Assembly: GCA_038087875.1 (NCBI GenBank)
Contig: CM075987.1
Coordinates: 17,672,001 to 17,736,000 of the forward strand
DNA length: 64,000 nucleotides
Source: Malacoraja senta
Taxonomy: Eukaryota
Direction: 5' to 3'
Every line of letters starts with the position of its first letter. Within the stretch, counting starts at the first letter, position 1. The translations under genes were made by a program, and so were the position numbers. The notes under the pieces are model-generated. The model searched no databases, had not been told where the DNA came from, and saw only the letters and a list, made by a program, of their open reading frames with translations. This document shows, piece after piece, positions 25,106-36,959 of the stretch.

Positions 25106-26709
25106 CAGTGCATTCAGAAAGTATTCAGACCCCTTCACTTTTTCCACATTTTGTTACGTTACAGACTTATTCCTAAATGGATTAAATTCATTTTTTTAAT
25201 CATCAATCTACACACAATACCCCATAATAAAAAAGTGAAAACAGGTGTTTAGAAATTTTTGCAAAGTAAATAAAAAGAAATAACTGAAATATCACATTGA
25301 CATAAATATTCAGACCCTTTACTCAGTACTTTGTTGAGGCACCTTTGGCAGCGATTGCAGCCTCAAGTCTTCTCGGGTATGACGCTACAAGCTTGGCACT
25401 CCTGCATTTGGGTAATTTCTCCCATTCTTCTCTGCAGATCCTCTCAAGCTCTGTCAGGTTGGATGGGGAGCGTCGATGCACAGCTATTTTCAGGTCCCTT
25501 CAGAGATGTTCGATCAGGTTCAAGTCCGGGCTCTGGCTGGACCACTCAAGGACATTCACAGACTTGTCAAGAAGCCACTCCTGCATTGTCTTGGTTGTGT
25601 GCTTAGGGTCGTTGTCCTGTTGAAAGGTGAACCTCCGCCCCAGTCTGAGGTCCAGAACGCTCTGGAGCAGGTTTTCATCAAGGATCTCTCTGTACTTTGC
25701 TCCGTTCATCTTTCCCTCGATCCTGACTAGTCTCCCAGTTCCTGCCGCTGAAAAACATCCCCACAGCATGATGCTGCCACCACCATGCTTCACCGTAGGT
25801 ATGGTATTGGCCAGGTGATGAGCGATGCCTGGTTTCCTCCAGACGTGACGCTTGGCATTCAGGCCAAAGAGTTCAATCTTGGTTTCATCAGACCAGAGAA
25901 TCTTGTTTAGGTGACTTTTGGCAAACTCCAAGCGGGCTGTCATGTGCCTTTTACTGAGGAGTGGCTTCCGTCTGGCCATTCTACCATAAAGGCCTGATTG
26001 GTGGAGTGCTGCAGATATAGTTGTCCTTCTGGAAGGTTCTCCCATCTCCACAGATTAACTCTGGAGCTCTGTCAGCTCTGACCATCGGGTTCTTGGTCAC
26101 CTCCCTGACCAAGGCCCTTCTCCCCCGATTGCTCAGTTTGGCCGGACGGACAGCTCTATGAAGCGTCCTGGTGGTTCCAAAGTTCTTCCATTTAAGAATG
26201 ACAGAGGTCACTGTGCTCTTCGGGACCTGTAATGCTGCAGAAATTGTTTTATACCCTTCCCCAGATATGTCTTGACACAATCCTGTCTCGGAGGCCTACG
26301 GACAATTCCTTCGTCTTCATGGCTTGGTTTTTATTCTGACATGCACTGTCAACTGTGGAACCTTATATAGACAGGTGTGTGCCTTTCCAAAAAACATTAT
26401 TTACCACTGGTGGACCCCAATCAAGTTGTTGAAACATCTCAGGGATAATCAATGGAAACAGGATGAAACTAAGCTCAATTTTGAGTGTCATAGCAAATGG
26501 TCTGAATACTTACGTAAATGTGATAGTTCAGTTATTTCTTTTTAATTACTTTGCAAAAATTTCTAAATACTTGGTTTCACCTTTTCATTCCGGGGTATTG
26601 TGTGTGGATTGATGATTAAAAAAATGAACTCAATCCATTTTAAAATAAGGCTGTAATGTCTCAAAATGTGGAAAAAGTGAAGGGGTCTGAACACTTTCTG
26701 AATGCACTG
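25106..26709 (-). mobile_element. Full-length Tc1/mariner transposon with long TIRs and TA TSD, inserted in a CR1
   Basis: TA-CAGTGCATTCAGAAAGTATTCAGACCCCTT ... AAGGGGTCTGAACACTTTCTGAATGCACTG-TA. TIRs are ~200 bp with internal direct repeats. Confidence 0.95.
25323..26320 (-). pseudogene. Tc1 DD34E transposase, disrupted
   Basis: MKTKELS...WSDETK...QQDND...SPDLNLIE...GASTKY*. Contains frameshifts and a TGA at 25500-25502 in place of the expected W of IEHLW. Confidence 0.9.
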
Positions 26710-27283
26710 TACCTTTGTATCATCCACAAACTTGGCCACAAAGCCTTCAATCCCCTCGTCCAAATCATTAATATACAACGTGAAGAGTAGCGGCCCCAGC
26801 GCCGACCTCTGTGGAACTCCACTAGTCACTGGCAGCCAACCAGAAAATGCCCCCTTTATTGCCACTCTTTGTCTTCTGCCATCCAGCCAACCTGCTATCC
26901 ATGCTAGTATCTGCCCTTTGATACTGTGTGCTCTCTTCCTTAGCAGCCTCACGTGTGGCACCTTATCAAAGGCCTTCCGACAATCCAGGTAAACACCATG
27001 TTATCCTGTGCTTCTGGGTAAACTCCAAACCTCATCCTTAATAATAGAGCAATCGCAGAAGTCAGACTAACTGGCGTATAATTTCCTTTCTTGTCTCTCG
27101 TTCCCTTCTTAAATAGTGGAGTGACACTTGCGATATTCCAGTCTTAGTTGAGAGATACAGAGCAGAAACAGGCCTTTCGGCCCGTCGTGTCCACACTGAC
27201 CAGCGATCCCCATGAACCCGCACTATCCGACACACCAAGGACAACTTATGATTTTACCCAAGACAATTAACCTACAAAACTAA

Positions 27284-27975
27284 AAGGTACACAAAAATGC
27301 TGGAGAAACTCAGCGGGTGCAGCAGCATCTATGGAGCGAAGGAAATAGGCAACGTTTTGGGCCGAAACCCTTCTTCAGACTGATGTGAGGGTGGGGGGGG
27401 GTGGGGGCCGGGAAGAAAAAAGGAAGAGGCGGAGACAATGGGTTGTGGGAGAGCTGGGAAGGGGAGGGGAAAGAGGGAGAAAGCAAGGACTACCTGAAAT
27501 TGGAGAAGTCAATGTTCGTACCGCTGGGGTGTAAACTGCCCAAGCAAAATATGAGGTGCTGCTCCTCCAATTTACGGTGGGACTTACTCTGGCCATGGAG
27601 GAGGCCCAGGGCAGAAAGGTCGGATTCGGAATGGGAGGGGGAGTTGAAGTGCTGAGCCACCGGGAGATCAGGTTGGTTATTGTGAACCAAGCGGAGGTGT
27701 TGGGCGAAGCGATCGCCAAGCCTACGCTTGGTCTCACCGATGTAGAGCAGCTGACTTCTAGAGCAGCGGATGCAATAGATGAGGTTGGAGGAGGTGCAGG
27801 TGAACCTCTGCCTCACCCGGGAAGGCTGTTTGGGTCCTTGGATGGAGTCGAGGGGGGAGGTAAAGCGACAAGTGTAGCATTTCCTGCGGTTGCAGGGGAA
27901 AGTGCCAGGAGAGGGGGTGGTTTGGGTGGGAAGGGAAGAATTGACCAGGGAGTTACGGAGGGAACGGTCTCTGCT
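27284..27975 (-). mobile_element. Penelope-like (Neptune-type) element 3' part, left inverted copy
   Basis: ORF 27490..27816 encodes a GIY-YIG endonuclease (NLIYCIRCSR..LYIGETKRRLGDRF..H), preceded by a CNRRKCYTC linker. Confidence 0.85.
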
Positions 27976-28671
27976 GAAAGGTCTAAAGGTGGATATGTCA
28001 CCTGGACTGGATGGACTGCACCCTAGGGTTCAGGTAGCTGTGAGGATTGTGGATTGGTAGGGATCGTTTAAGAATCACTAGAGCCAGGAATGGTTCCAGA
28101 GGACTGGGTGGCACAGGTGGCGCAGAGGTAGAGTTTTTGATGTTTTTAATAATAATTCTGTTTTAAGGAAGGGTGAAACAGAGCTTGTGTAAATGACACC
28201 TTCTGCAGTCTACTTTAGTCAGATCCTGTTCTCTGTTGCAGAAGGGGAAATGGCAATCGTAAAGCAATAACATGAGGTCGAAAGGGTAACAGGATATTTG
28301 CTTATCTTTAACGGGGTGACATTTGGTTGTGTTTACTGTTCAGCGGTTTTTTTCCCGGAGGTGTTGTGTTTTAAAGTTTTCTTTAACTGTCTTTGGAGTG
28401 CGGGAGGAAACAGGAAGAAAACTCACAGGGTCACAGGGAGAAGGTACAAACTCCGTACAGACCGCACCCATAGTCAGGATTGAACCTGGGTCTCTGACGC
28501 TGCGAGGTAGCAACTCTACCTCTGCGCCACCTGTGCCACCCAGTCCTCTGGAACCATTCCTGGCTCTAGTGATTCTTAAAAGATCCCTACCAATCCACAA
28601 TCCTCACAGCTACCTGAACCCAAGGGTGCAGTCCATCCAGTCCAGGTGACATATCCACCTTTAGACCTTTC

Positions 28672-29357
28672 AGCAGAGACCGTTCCCTCCGTAACTCCCT
28701 GGTCAATTCTTCCCTTCCCACCCAAACCACCCCCTCTCCTGGCACTTTCCCCTGCAACCGCAGGAAATGCTACACTTGTCGCTTTACCTCCCCCCTCGAC
28801 TCCATCCAAGGACCCAAGCAGCCTTCCCGGGTGAGGCAGAGGTTCACCTGCACCTCCTCCAACCTCATCTATTGCATCCGCTGCTCTAGGTGTCAGCTGC
28901 TCTACATCGGTGAGACCAAGCGTAGGCTTGGCGATCGCTTCGCATAACACCTCCGCTCGGTTCACAATAACCAACCTGATCTCCCGGTGGCTCAGCACTT
29001 CAACTCCCCCTCCCATTCCGAATCCGACCTTTCTGTCCTGGGCCTCCTCCATGGCCAGAGTAAGTCCCACTGTAAATTGGAGGAGCAGCACCTCATATTT
29101 TGCTTGGGTAGTTTACACCCCAGCGGTATGAACATTGACTTCTCCAATTTCAGGTAGTCCTTGCTTTCTCCCTCTTTCCCCTCCCCTTCCCAGCTCTCCC
29201 GCAACCCACTGTCTCCGCCTCTTCCTTTTTTCTACCCGCCCCCCCCCCCACCCTCACATCAGTCTGAAGAAGGGTTTCGACCGAAAACGTCACCTATTCC
29301 TTCGCTCCATAGATGCTGCCTCACCCGCTGAGTTTCTCCAGCATTTTTGACTACCTT
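28672..29357 (+). mobile_element. Penelope-like (Neptune-type) element 3' part, right copy
   Basis: Same GIY-YIG and Cys-linker sequence as the left copy, in the opposite orientation, with a 3' tail containing CTGAAGA...GAAA. Confidence 0.85.
29260..29294 (+). ncRNA. Minimal type-I hammerhead-ribozyme-like motif in the Penelope tail
   Basis: CTGAAGA, stem II (GGT-TTCG-ACC), GAAA, then ACGTC. Stem I pairing is weak. Confidence 0.45.
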
Positions 29358-30825
29358 CTCCTCAGTAATAGTGACTGCACACTTCTGCCCCCTCAACCTC
29401 TTGAATTTCTGGTACATTGCTTACAGTTCAGCGCCATACCTAAGTACAACCCCCGATTAGTACAAAGTGTATAGAAATAGTCCACAGAGATTGCATCTAA
29501 GAGTCGCAAGGTTTTGACACCGTTTATAAAATCGAACGGTCCGCTGGGTAGCACTCGTCAACAGCCTGTCTGTCCTTTTGTCTATTTTTAGTGTTTTTAA
29601 AAGTTTGTGTTCATGTTCTAGAAACATAGAAACATAGACAATAGGTGCAGGAGGAGGCCATTCGGCCCTTCGAGCCAGTACCGCCATTCATTGTGATCAT
29701 GGCTGATCGTCCCCAATCAATAACCCGTGCCTGCCTTCTCCCCATATCCCTTGATTCCACTAGCCCCTAGAGCTCAATCTAACTCTCTCTTAAATCCATC
29801 CAGTGACTTGGCCTCCACTGCCATCTGTGGCAGGGAACACCACAAATTCACAAATCTCTGGGTAAAAACCTCAGTCTTAAATGACCTCCCCTTTATTCTA
29901 AGACTGTGGCCCTTGGTTCTGGACTCGCCCAACTTTGGGAAAATATTTCCTGCATCTAGCTTGTCCAGTCCTTTTATAATTTTATATGTTTCTATACGAT
30001 CCCCCTCATCCTTCTAAACTCCAGTGAATCTCTGGTTTGTTTTATGTGGGGGTGGGGGAGGGGGTCGGAGGAAACTTTTTTTCAATCTCTTACCTTGCCG
30101 GGGATGCGATTGTGTTCCGGATCGTATCTCCGGTCGGTCTGCGGCCTAACACCGTGGAGCTGGAGGCCTCGCTCGGGGCTGACTTTTAGCCCCACCGCGG
30201 GGCGTGGACTGACTTTGAGCCACACCGCGGGCGAGGAGAGGGACGACGGTTCACGGGACGATCCAGACGGAGGTGAGGGTTGCAACCGGCCTTTATGGCC
30301 AACTGTAGCTGGCACTGGGAAATGGCAGCAAAACATGGTCACTCTTGCCTTTAGACTCAGTGGGCCGGCTCTACACATTAGGTACTTAGTTGGGGATTGT
30401 ACTTTTGTATGGCGGTCATTTACTGAACTGTACCTGAGGACACGTGATAATGAAGAACCATTGACCATTGATCAGAGAGAGCGCGGAGAGAGTGCGAGCT
30501 CTGGGCTTTGGTGCTGGAGGGGGTAACACTGTTGCTGGGCGGACTCCATGGGCCTTAGAGATTTCACTGTCAGTTCCACAACACAACGAGAGTCAAAGGA
30601 GTGTGGGAGCCCAGCATGTGGGAGCCCAGCGTGTGGGGGCGGGGAGATTGCTCAGTCACATTCACTGTGTCAGGGGCAAGGCAGCACATTGTCCCCAGAC
30701 ATAACGTCACCAGAACACGGAGCAACTTCCTCACTGACACCAACTGTCCCCACACAATGTCCAGCACACGCTGCACCTTCCCCAGTGTCTCAGTCAGTAG
30801 AGGTCACCGCACGCACCGTGGAGAG

Positions 30826-31251
30826 GTCACAGACAGGGGGAGAGGTCAGGTTACAGGGGGAGAGGTTACAGGGGGAGAGGTCAGGTTACAGGTGGAGAGG
30901 TCAGAGACAAGGGGTGAGGACAGAGACAGGGGGAGAGGTCAGAGATAGGGGGAGAGGTCAGGTTACAGGTGGAGAGGTCAGGTTACAGGTGGAGAGGTCA
31001 GAGACAAGGGGTGAGGACAGAGACAGGGGGAGAGGTCAGAGACGGGAGAGGTCAGGTTACAGGAGGAGAGGTCAGAGACAAGGGGTGAGGACAGAGACAG
31101 GGGGAGAGGTCAGAGACAGGGGGAGAGGTCAGGTTACAGGTGGAGAGGTCAGAGACAAGGGGTGAGGACAGAGACAGGGGGAGAGGTCAGAAACGGGAGA
31201 GGTCAGGTTACAGGGGGAGAGGTCAGAGACGGGGTGAGGACAGGTTACAGG
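30826..31251. repeat. Purine-rich minisatellite (GGAGAGGTCAGAGACA / GGTTACA variants)
   Basis: Repeated GAGAGGTCAG blocks. Confidence 0.9.
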
Positions 31252-31470
31252 GGTGGCACGGTGGCGCAGCGGTAGAGTTGCTGCCCTTCAGCACTCACAG
31301 CGCCAGAGACCCGGGTTCGATCCTGACTACCGCTGCTGTCTGTACAGAGTTTGTAAGTTCTCACTGTGACCGCGTGGGTTTTCTCCGACATCTTTGGTTT
31401 CATCCCACACTCCAAAGACGCGCAGGTTTGGAGATTAATTAGCTTGGTATAAATGTAAATTGTCCCTAGG
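31251..31470 (+). mobile_element. tRNA-derived SINE, 5' part
   Basis: A-box TGGCGCAGCGG and B-box GGTTCGATCC. Confidence 0.8.
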
Positions 31471-32361
31471 GCCTGTTCCTGTTCTCATCTCAAATCTATG
31501 ACCACTGGTTCTTGATTCCACAACCCTATTATAAAAGTCTTTGCATTCACACTATCTATTCCCCCGATGACCTTAGACACTACTATAAGATCAGGCCTCA
31601 GGCTCCTGTGCTCCAGAAATGTCTGAGTGCACCGGAGATAGACACAAAATGCTGGAGTAACTCAGCGGGACAGGCAGCATCTCTGGAGAGAAGGAATGGG
31701 TGACATTTGGGACAAGACCTTTGGGACAAGACCTCTGGGAGACATAGAGATAAGGAAGTGTAAGGTGTGAAAACGAGACATCAAAGGGGATGAGGCTCGG
31801 AGGTGACAACGAAGCATAGAGAGATAAAATGTCTCTGGGTCGAGACTCCTTCAGTGTGAGTGCAGTCAGCTTCTGCAATCTGCATTACCAGCGGACACTT
31901 GCTGTGCCACGTATAGGGCTGTAGCTGGTCACTGCTTCCAAGCCTCCTTCATAGAGTCACACAGCATGGAAACTGGCCCTGCCGGCCCAACTCTTCCATG
32001 CCCACCAAGATGCCCAGTCAGTCCCATTGCCTGCGTTTGCCTCACATCCCTTTAAGCATTTGAAGTGTTTTAAAAAGTTTCTGTTGCATTTGCTCTCCCA
32101 CAAGTGACGAGTTACATTTTGGGAACAATTGAGCCCTGGACAATGTATTAACGGTCGTCACCTCCGGCACTTTGTGTCTAATGCCGAGGTTACAAAACTG
32201 ATAGGAAAGCTTGTGAGGCTACAGACTTGCTCCATGAATGAGCGGCGGAGAGGGGCAGATGCGGCTGTGGGCAGCTTGCCAGAGTGTGAAGGACAGGGAA
32301 GGGAGAGGGGCGAGAGAGTGAGGAATGTGCCAGTGAGTGTGTGGGTGAGCTGGTGATCACG

Positions 32362-32560
32362 ATGCCTGTGTGCTGGGTGTCACTGGTGCTGCTGTTCTGC
32401 TGCCAGCTTGTGAATCTCTCTGGGGCAGGGGTACAGGTGGGCAGCGTGGTTGGATTGGAGCCCGCGGTGCCCAGTAACGGCGCTGACAGCTCCTCACCCA
32501 CAATGGGCAGAGTAACCCACATCAGAGGAGCAGCTTCCACCCGCCAACAACCCGCTTCAG
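32362..32560 (+). CDS. ADAM gene B, exon 1 (signal peptide)
   Basis: ATG at 32362. MPVCWVSLVLLFCCQLVNLSGA is a hydrophobic leader. Donor CAG|GTAGG is phase 1, matching the next exon. Confidence 0.75.
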
Positions 32561-33174
32561 GTAGGCATCTGTGGTCAGCTCCGCTCAGTAACGGTGAGAA
32601 CACAGCGCTGTGGGCAGTGTCTGAGTCTGGGGCAGTCACTGCTGTACGGCAATGGTCAGATGCTCAGACTTGTCCCACCCCGGTCATTCCTTCTTCTCCC
32701 CTCTCCCGTATGGTAGAAGGTACAGCAGCTTGAAAACGCGCATCACCAGACTCAGGAACTGCTTCTTTCCCTCTGAAGCTAGGGTACTGTCCGATTCACC
32801 TCTACCCCATTGCGGACATTGGACTTTGTCTCTAGAACTGATGCGCTACAATGCTGAGAACTACATTCTACACTCTGTATCTTCCCCTTTGCTCTACCTA
32901 TTGTACTTGAGTTTGACCTGATTGTATTTATATATAATATTATCTGATATGTTTGGCTAGTATGTAAAACAAAGCTTTTCACTGTACCTCGGTACACGTG
33001 ACAATAATAGACCTGAACACAAGCAACCCGACTAAAACTCAGCAATTAGGACATGGGGAATTAGTAGATTACAAGTATGTTCAGATATTTACAGCGCGGA
33101 GACTGAATCAACCTTCAATTGAACAATTGTCAACTGATCTGGAAAGAACCAGCTTGGATCTATTAAAGGCAAAT

Positions 33175-34014
33175 TTAATAGATTTGCAGTATAATGTGGA
33201 TAAATGTGAGGTTATCCACTTTGGTGGCAAAAACGGGAAGGCAGACTATTATCTAAATGGTGGCCGATAAGGAAATGGGGAGATGCAGCGAGACCTGGGT
33301 GTCATGGTACACCAGTCATTGAAAGTAGGCATGCAGGTGCAGCAGGCAGTGAAGAAAGCGAATGGTATGTTGGCCTTCATAGCAAGAGGATTTGAGTATA
33401 GGAGCAGGGAGGTTCTACTGCAGTTGTACAGAGTCTTGGTGAGACCACACCTGGAGTATTGCGTACAGTTTTGGTCTTCAAATCTGAGGAAGGACATTAT
33501 AGCCATAGAGGGAGTGCAGAGAAGGTTCACCAGACTGATTCCTGGGATGTCAGGACTTTCATATGAAGAAAGACTGGATAGACTTGGCTTATACTCGCTA
33601 GAATTTAGGAGATTGAGGGGGGATCTTATAGAAACGTACAAAATTCTTATGGGGTTGGACAGGCTAGATGCAGGAAGATTGTTCCCGATGTTGGGGAAGT
33701 CCAGGACAAGGGGTCACAGCTGAAGGATAAGGGGGAAATCCTTTAAGACCGAGATGAGGAAAAACTTTTTCACACAGAGAGTGGTGAATCTCTGGAACTC
33801 TCTGCCACAGAGGGTAGTTGAGGCCAGTTCATTGGCTATATTTAAGAGGGAGCTGGATGTGGCCCTTGTGGCTAAAGGGATCAGGGGGTATGGAGAGAAG
33901 GCAGGTACGGGATACTGAGTTGGATGATCAGCCATGATCATATTGAATGGCGGTGCAGGCTCGAAGGGCCGAATGGCCTACTCCTGCACCTATTTTCTAC
34001 GTATCTATGTATCT
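33175..34014 (+). mobile_element. Young CR1 3' fragment flanked by 150-bp direct repeats
   Basis: ORF 33283..33723. Flanks 33025-33174 and 34015-34164 are identical except for one base. Confidence 0.92.
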
Positions 34015-34538
34015 AACCCGACTAAAACTCAGCAATTAGGACATGGGGAATTTGTAGATTACAAGTATGTTCAGATATTTACAGCGCGGAGACTGAATCA
34101 ACCTTCAATTGAACAATTGTCAACTGATCTGGAAAGAACCAGCTTGGATCTATTAAAGGCAAATCATTTATAACAAAGAAATGAATATTTTGAGGGGCAA
34201 AGTTTATAGGAGATGTATATGGGACAAGTTTTTACAGAGATTGCTGTGTGCCTGGAACGCACTGCCAGGGGTGGCAATGGGGTTCTGCATTTTGGGAGGT
34301 TTTTAAAATCATCAGAGAAATTGATAGGGTGAATGCACAGTGTTTTACCCAAAGTAGAGGAATCAACAAACACGGGTTATAGGTTTATGGTGAAAGATTC
34401 AATCGGAACCTCAGGAGAAACTTTTTCACACAGATGGTGGGTGTATGGAACAAGCTGTCAGAGGAGGTCGTGGAGGCAGGTAATATAACAACATTTAACA
34501 GACATTTGGACGGGTACATTGATAGGAAAGGTTTAGAG

Positions 34539-34850
34539 CAGGGGTGTCAAACTACCGGCCCGCGGGCCGCATCCGGCCCACGAAGGGGCCCAATCCAGCC
34601 CGCGTGATGATTTGGGGAAAAAATAGTATATTCACGATCATTTATTATGTATCTGTACGGCAGCTGGTCTCTCCCTCTCACCTCTCTCTCTCTCACCGCT
34701 CTCTCTCTCTCTCACCACTGTCTCTCTCTCTCTCTCTCTCTCTCGTCGCTCTCTCTCTTTCGCCACTCTCTCTCTCCTCTCTCCGGGACAGCATCGATCG
34801 CTGTTCACATCCCAGACCTGGGACAGCATAGATCGCCGAGTGCACTGAGT
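34539..34850. mobile_element. hAT-type MITE left end plus (CT)n tract
   Basis: CAGGGGTGTCAAACT..CGGCCCGCGGGCC follows GTTTAGAG. The right TIR was not found. Confidence 0.6.
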
Positions 34851-35036
34851 CTAGAACATGGAACCATGCAACACAGTAACAGGCCCTTCAGCCCAGAATG
34901 TGTGTCATCCGTGCATGATCTCTAATCTACCTGCCTATCATCCATATCCCTCCATTCCCTGCATATCCATGTGTCTGTCCAAAACTCTTCAATATCATCT
35001 TCAGCCAACAACAACGGCAGCATGTTCAAGGCACTC

Positions 35037-35450
35037 GGCCTTCTTAGGCCCCTTCGGTCATGACTGACCATGGGTGCCTCCAGGGTGCTATTCCCTATAT
35101 GGAGGACACCTGTGCGTGACTTTGTTTAACGTGGGGAGACTGGTGCACAGACAGCCACCACATGGTTCTTGACAAATCTGGGTCAGGATCCAGTGGCATG
35201 GAGTCCAAGACGACCGGAGACCCTTTTCTGCTGCAGCCTTCATCCGCCTTCCCAGCCGTTGTGACGCTCCATTAAGGTCACCCATCGTCCTTCGCCTGTT
35301 CAACCGTTGAGGTCTTGGTTGGATTGCTCTTTCTCAGAGACCTCACCCTCGACCTTACCGCCATGGGTAGCCCTACCAGGAGCATAGCTCCAGACGGCAT
35401 CGCTCTCAGGATCTCAGGACCACACAAGCTTCTCCACCACGACAAGGTGA
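35037..35450 (-). mobile_element. Short RTE-derived (Rex3/Expander-like) non-autonomous element
   Basis: The minus strand begins CACCTTGTCGTGGTGGAGAAGCTTGTGTGG...CCTGGTAGGGCTACCCATGGC, resembling RTE 5' ends. CACTC is duplicated at 35032-35036 and 35451-35455. Confidence 0.6.
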
Positions 35451-36959
35451 CACTCTGTGTAAAAACCCACACACCTCCTTTAAACTTTACTCCACTGCCC
35501 TCTCGTGTTTGATTCTCCCATCTTGGGAACAAGACTAATTGTCTACCCTATCTCTGCCTCTCATTATTTTATACACTTCTAGCAGGTCTCCTCGCAACCT
35601 GTGGTGGTCCAGAGAAAACAATCCAAGTTTATCCAAAGATGGACACAAAATGCTGGAGTAACTCAGCGGGACAGGCAGCATCTCTGGAGAGAAGGAATGG
35701 GTGACCTTTGGGACGAGACCCTTCTTCAGACTAAGAGGGGAGAGGGAGATGCAGAGATAAGGAAGTGTGAGGTGTGACAACGAGACATCAAATTGGATGA
35801 GGCTAGGACTACTCACGACCATACAGGCGATATGTTGCGGGGTGACGTCTGTTTGGTTGTGAGTAATCGCCCAAAGAATCGTACCTTTTTCTGGTCACCG
35901 CTGGATTTTCAACATGTTGAAAATTTTCAGCGACCCGGCTGCGACTATGACGGGTGCTGGCAAGTCCCGGAAAAATTCGCGTAAGTGGGACAGGCCCTTT
36001 ACACTTCCTTATCTCTATGTCTCCCTCTCCCCTGACTCTCGAAGAAGGGACTCGACCCGACACTTCACCCATTCCTTCTATGCAGAGATGTGCCTGTTCT
36101 GCTTAGTTACTCCAGCATTTTGTGTCTATCTTTGGTGTAAACCAGCATCTGCCATTCCTTCCTTCACATGTTTTTTCTAACCTCCCCCGGTGGCTATTAC
36201 CCTCGAATCCAGGCAACATTCTGGTAGTGCTTCTCTGCACCCTTTGGTAAGCCTCCAACATCCTTCCTGTCATGGGGCGACCAGAACTGGACACAATGCT
36301 CCAAATGTGGCCTGACCAAAGTCTTATAAAGCTACATCCACCCATCCTGGCTCTTATACTCAAAGCCCTGATCTATGAAGGCAAGTATACCACATGCCCC
36401 CTTTATCCCTCTATCTGCCTTTGCCACATTCAGGGAGTTATGGACCAGCCCCAAGATCCCTCTGTACATGAATGCTGATGTGGGTCATGCCACTATCTGT
36501 ACATTTCCCCTCACATTTGACCTACCCTTGTGCAGCACTTCACACTTGCTGACATTAACTCCATCTGCCATCTCTCTGCTGATTTCTGGAGCTGTTCCAT
36601 ATCCCACTGTATACTTTGACAGCCTTCCTAAAGTGCACAATCCCAGCATTCTTGGCGTCATCTGCAAACTTACTAACTAACGTGTCTTTGATTATGTCCA
36701 AGTCATTTATATATATATCACAAACAGCAGAGGTCCCAGCACAGATCCCTGCGGAACTCCACTAGTCACCGACCTCCAGCCTGAAGATTCTCCTTCCACC
36801 ACAAGCCGCTGTCTTCTATCAGTGAGCTCGATCTGAATCCATACGACCAAGTCACTGTTAATCCTGTGCATCTTAATCTTCTGGATCTGCCAACCTCAAT
36901 GAAATGCCTTATTAAAATCCATGCATGCAACATCCACTGCCCCACTGCAGTATCCACTG

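Noticed and set aside
30548..31442. Arg/Gly/Glu-rich ORFs
   Set aside because: They are translations of a purine-rich minisatellite and a SINE.
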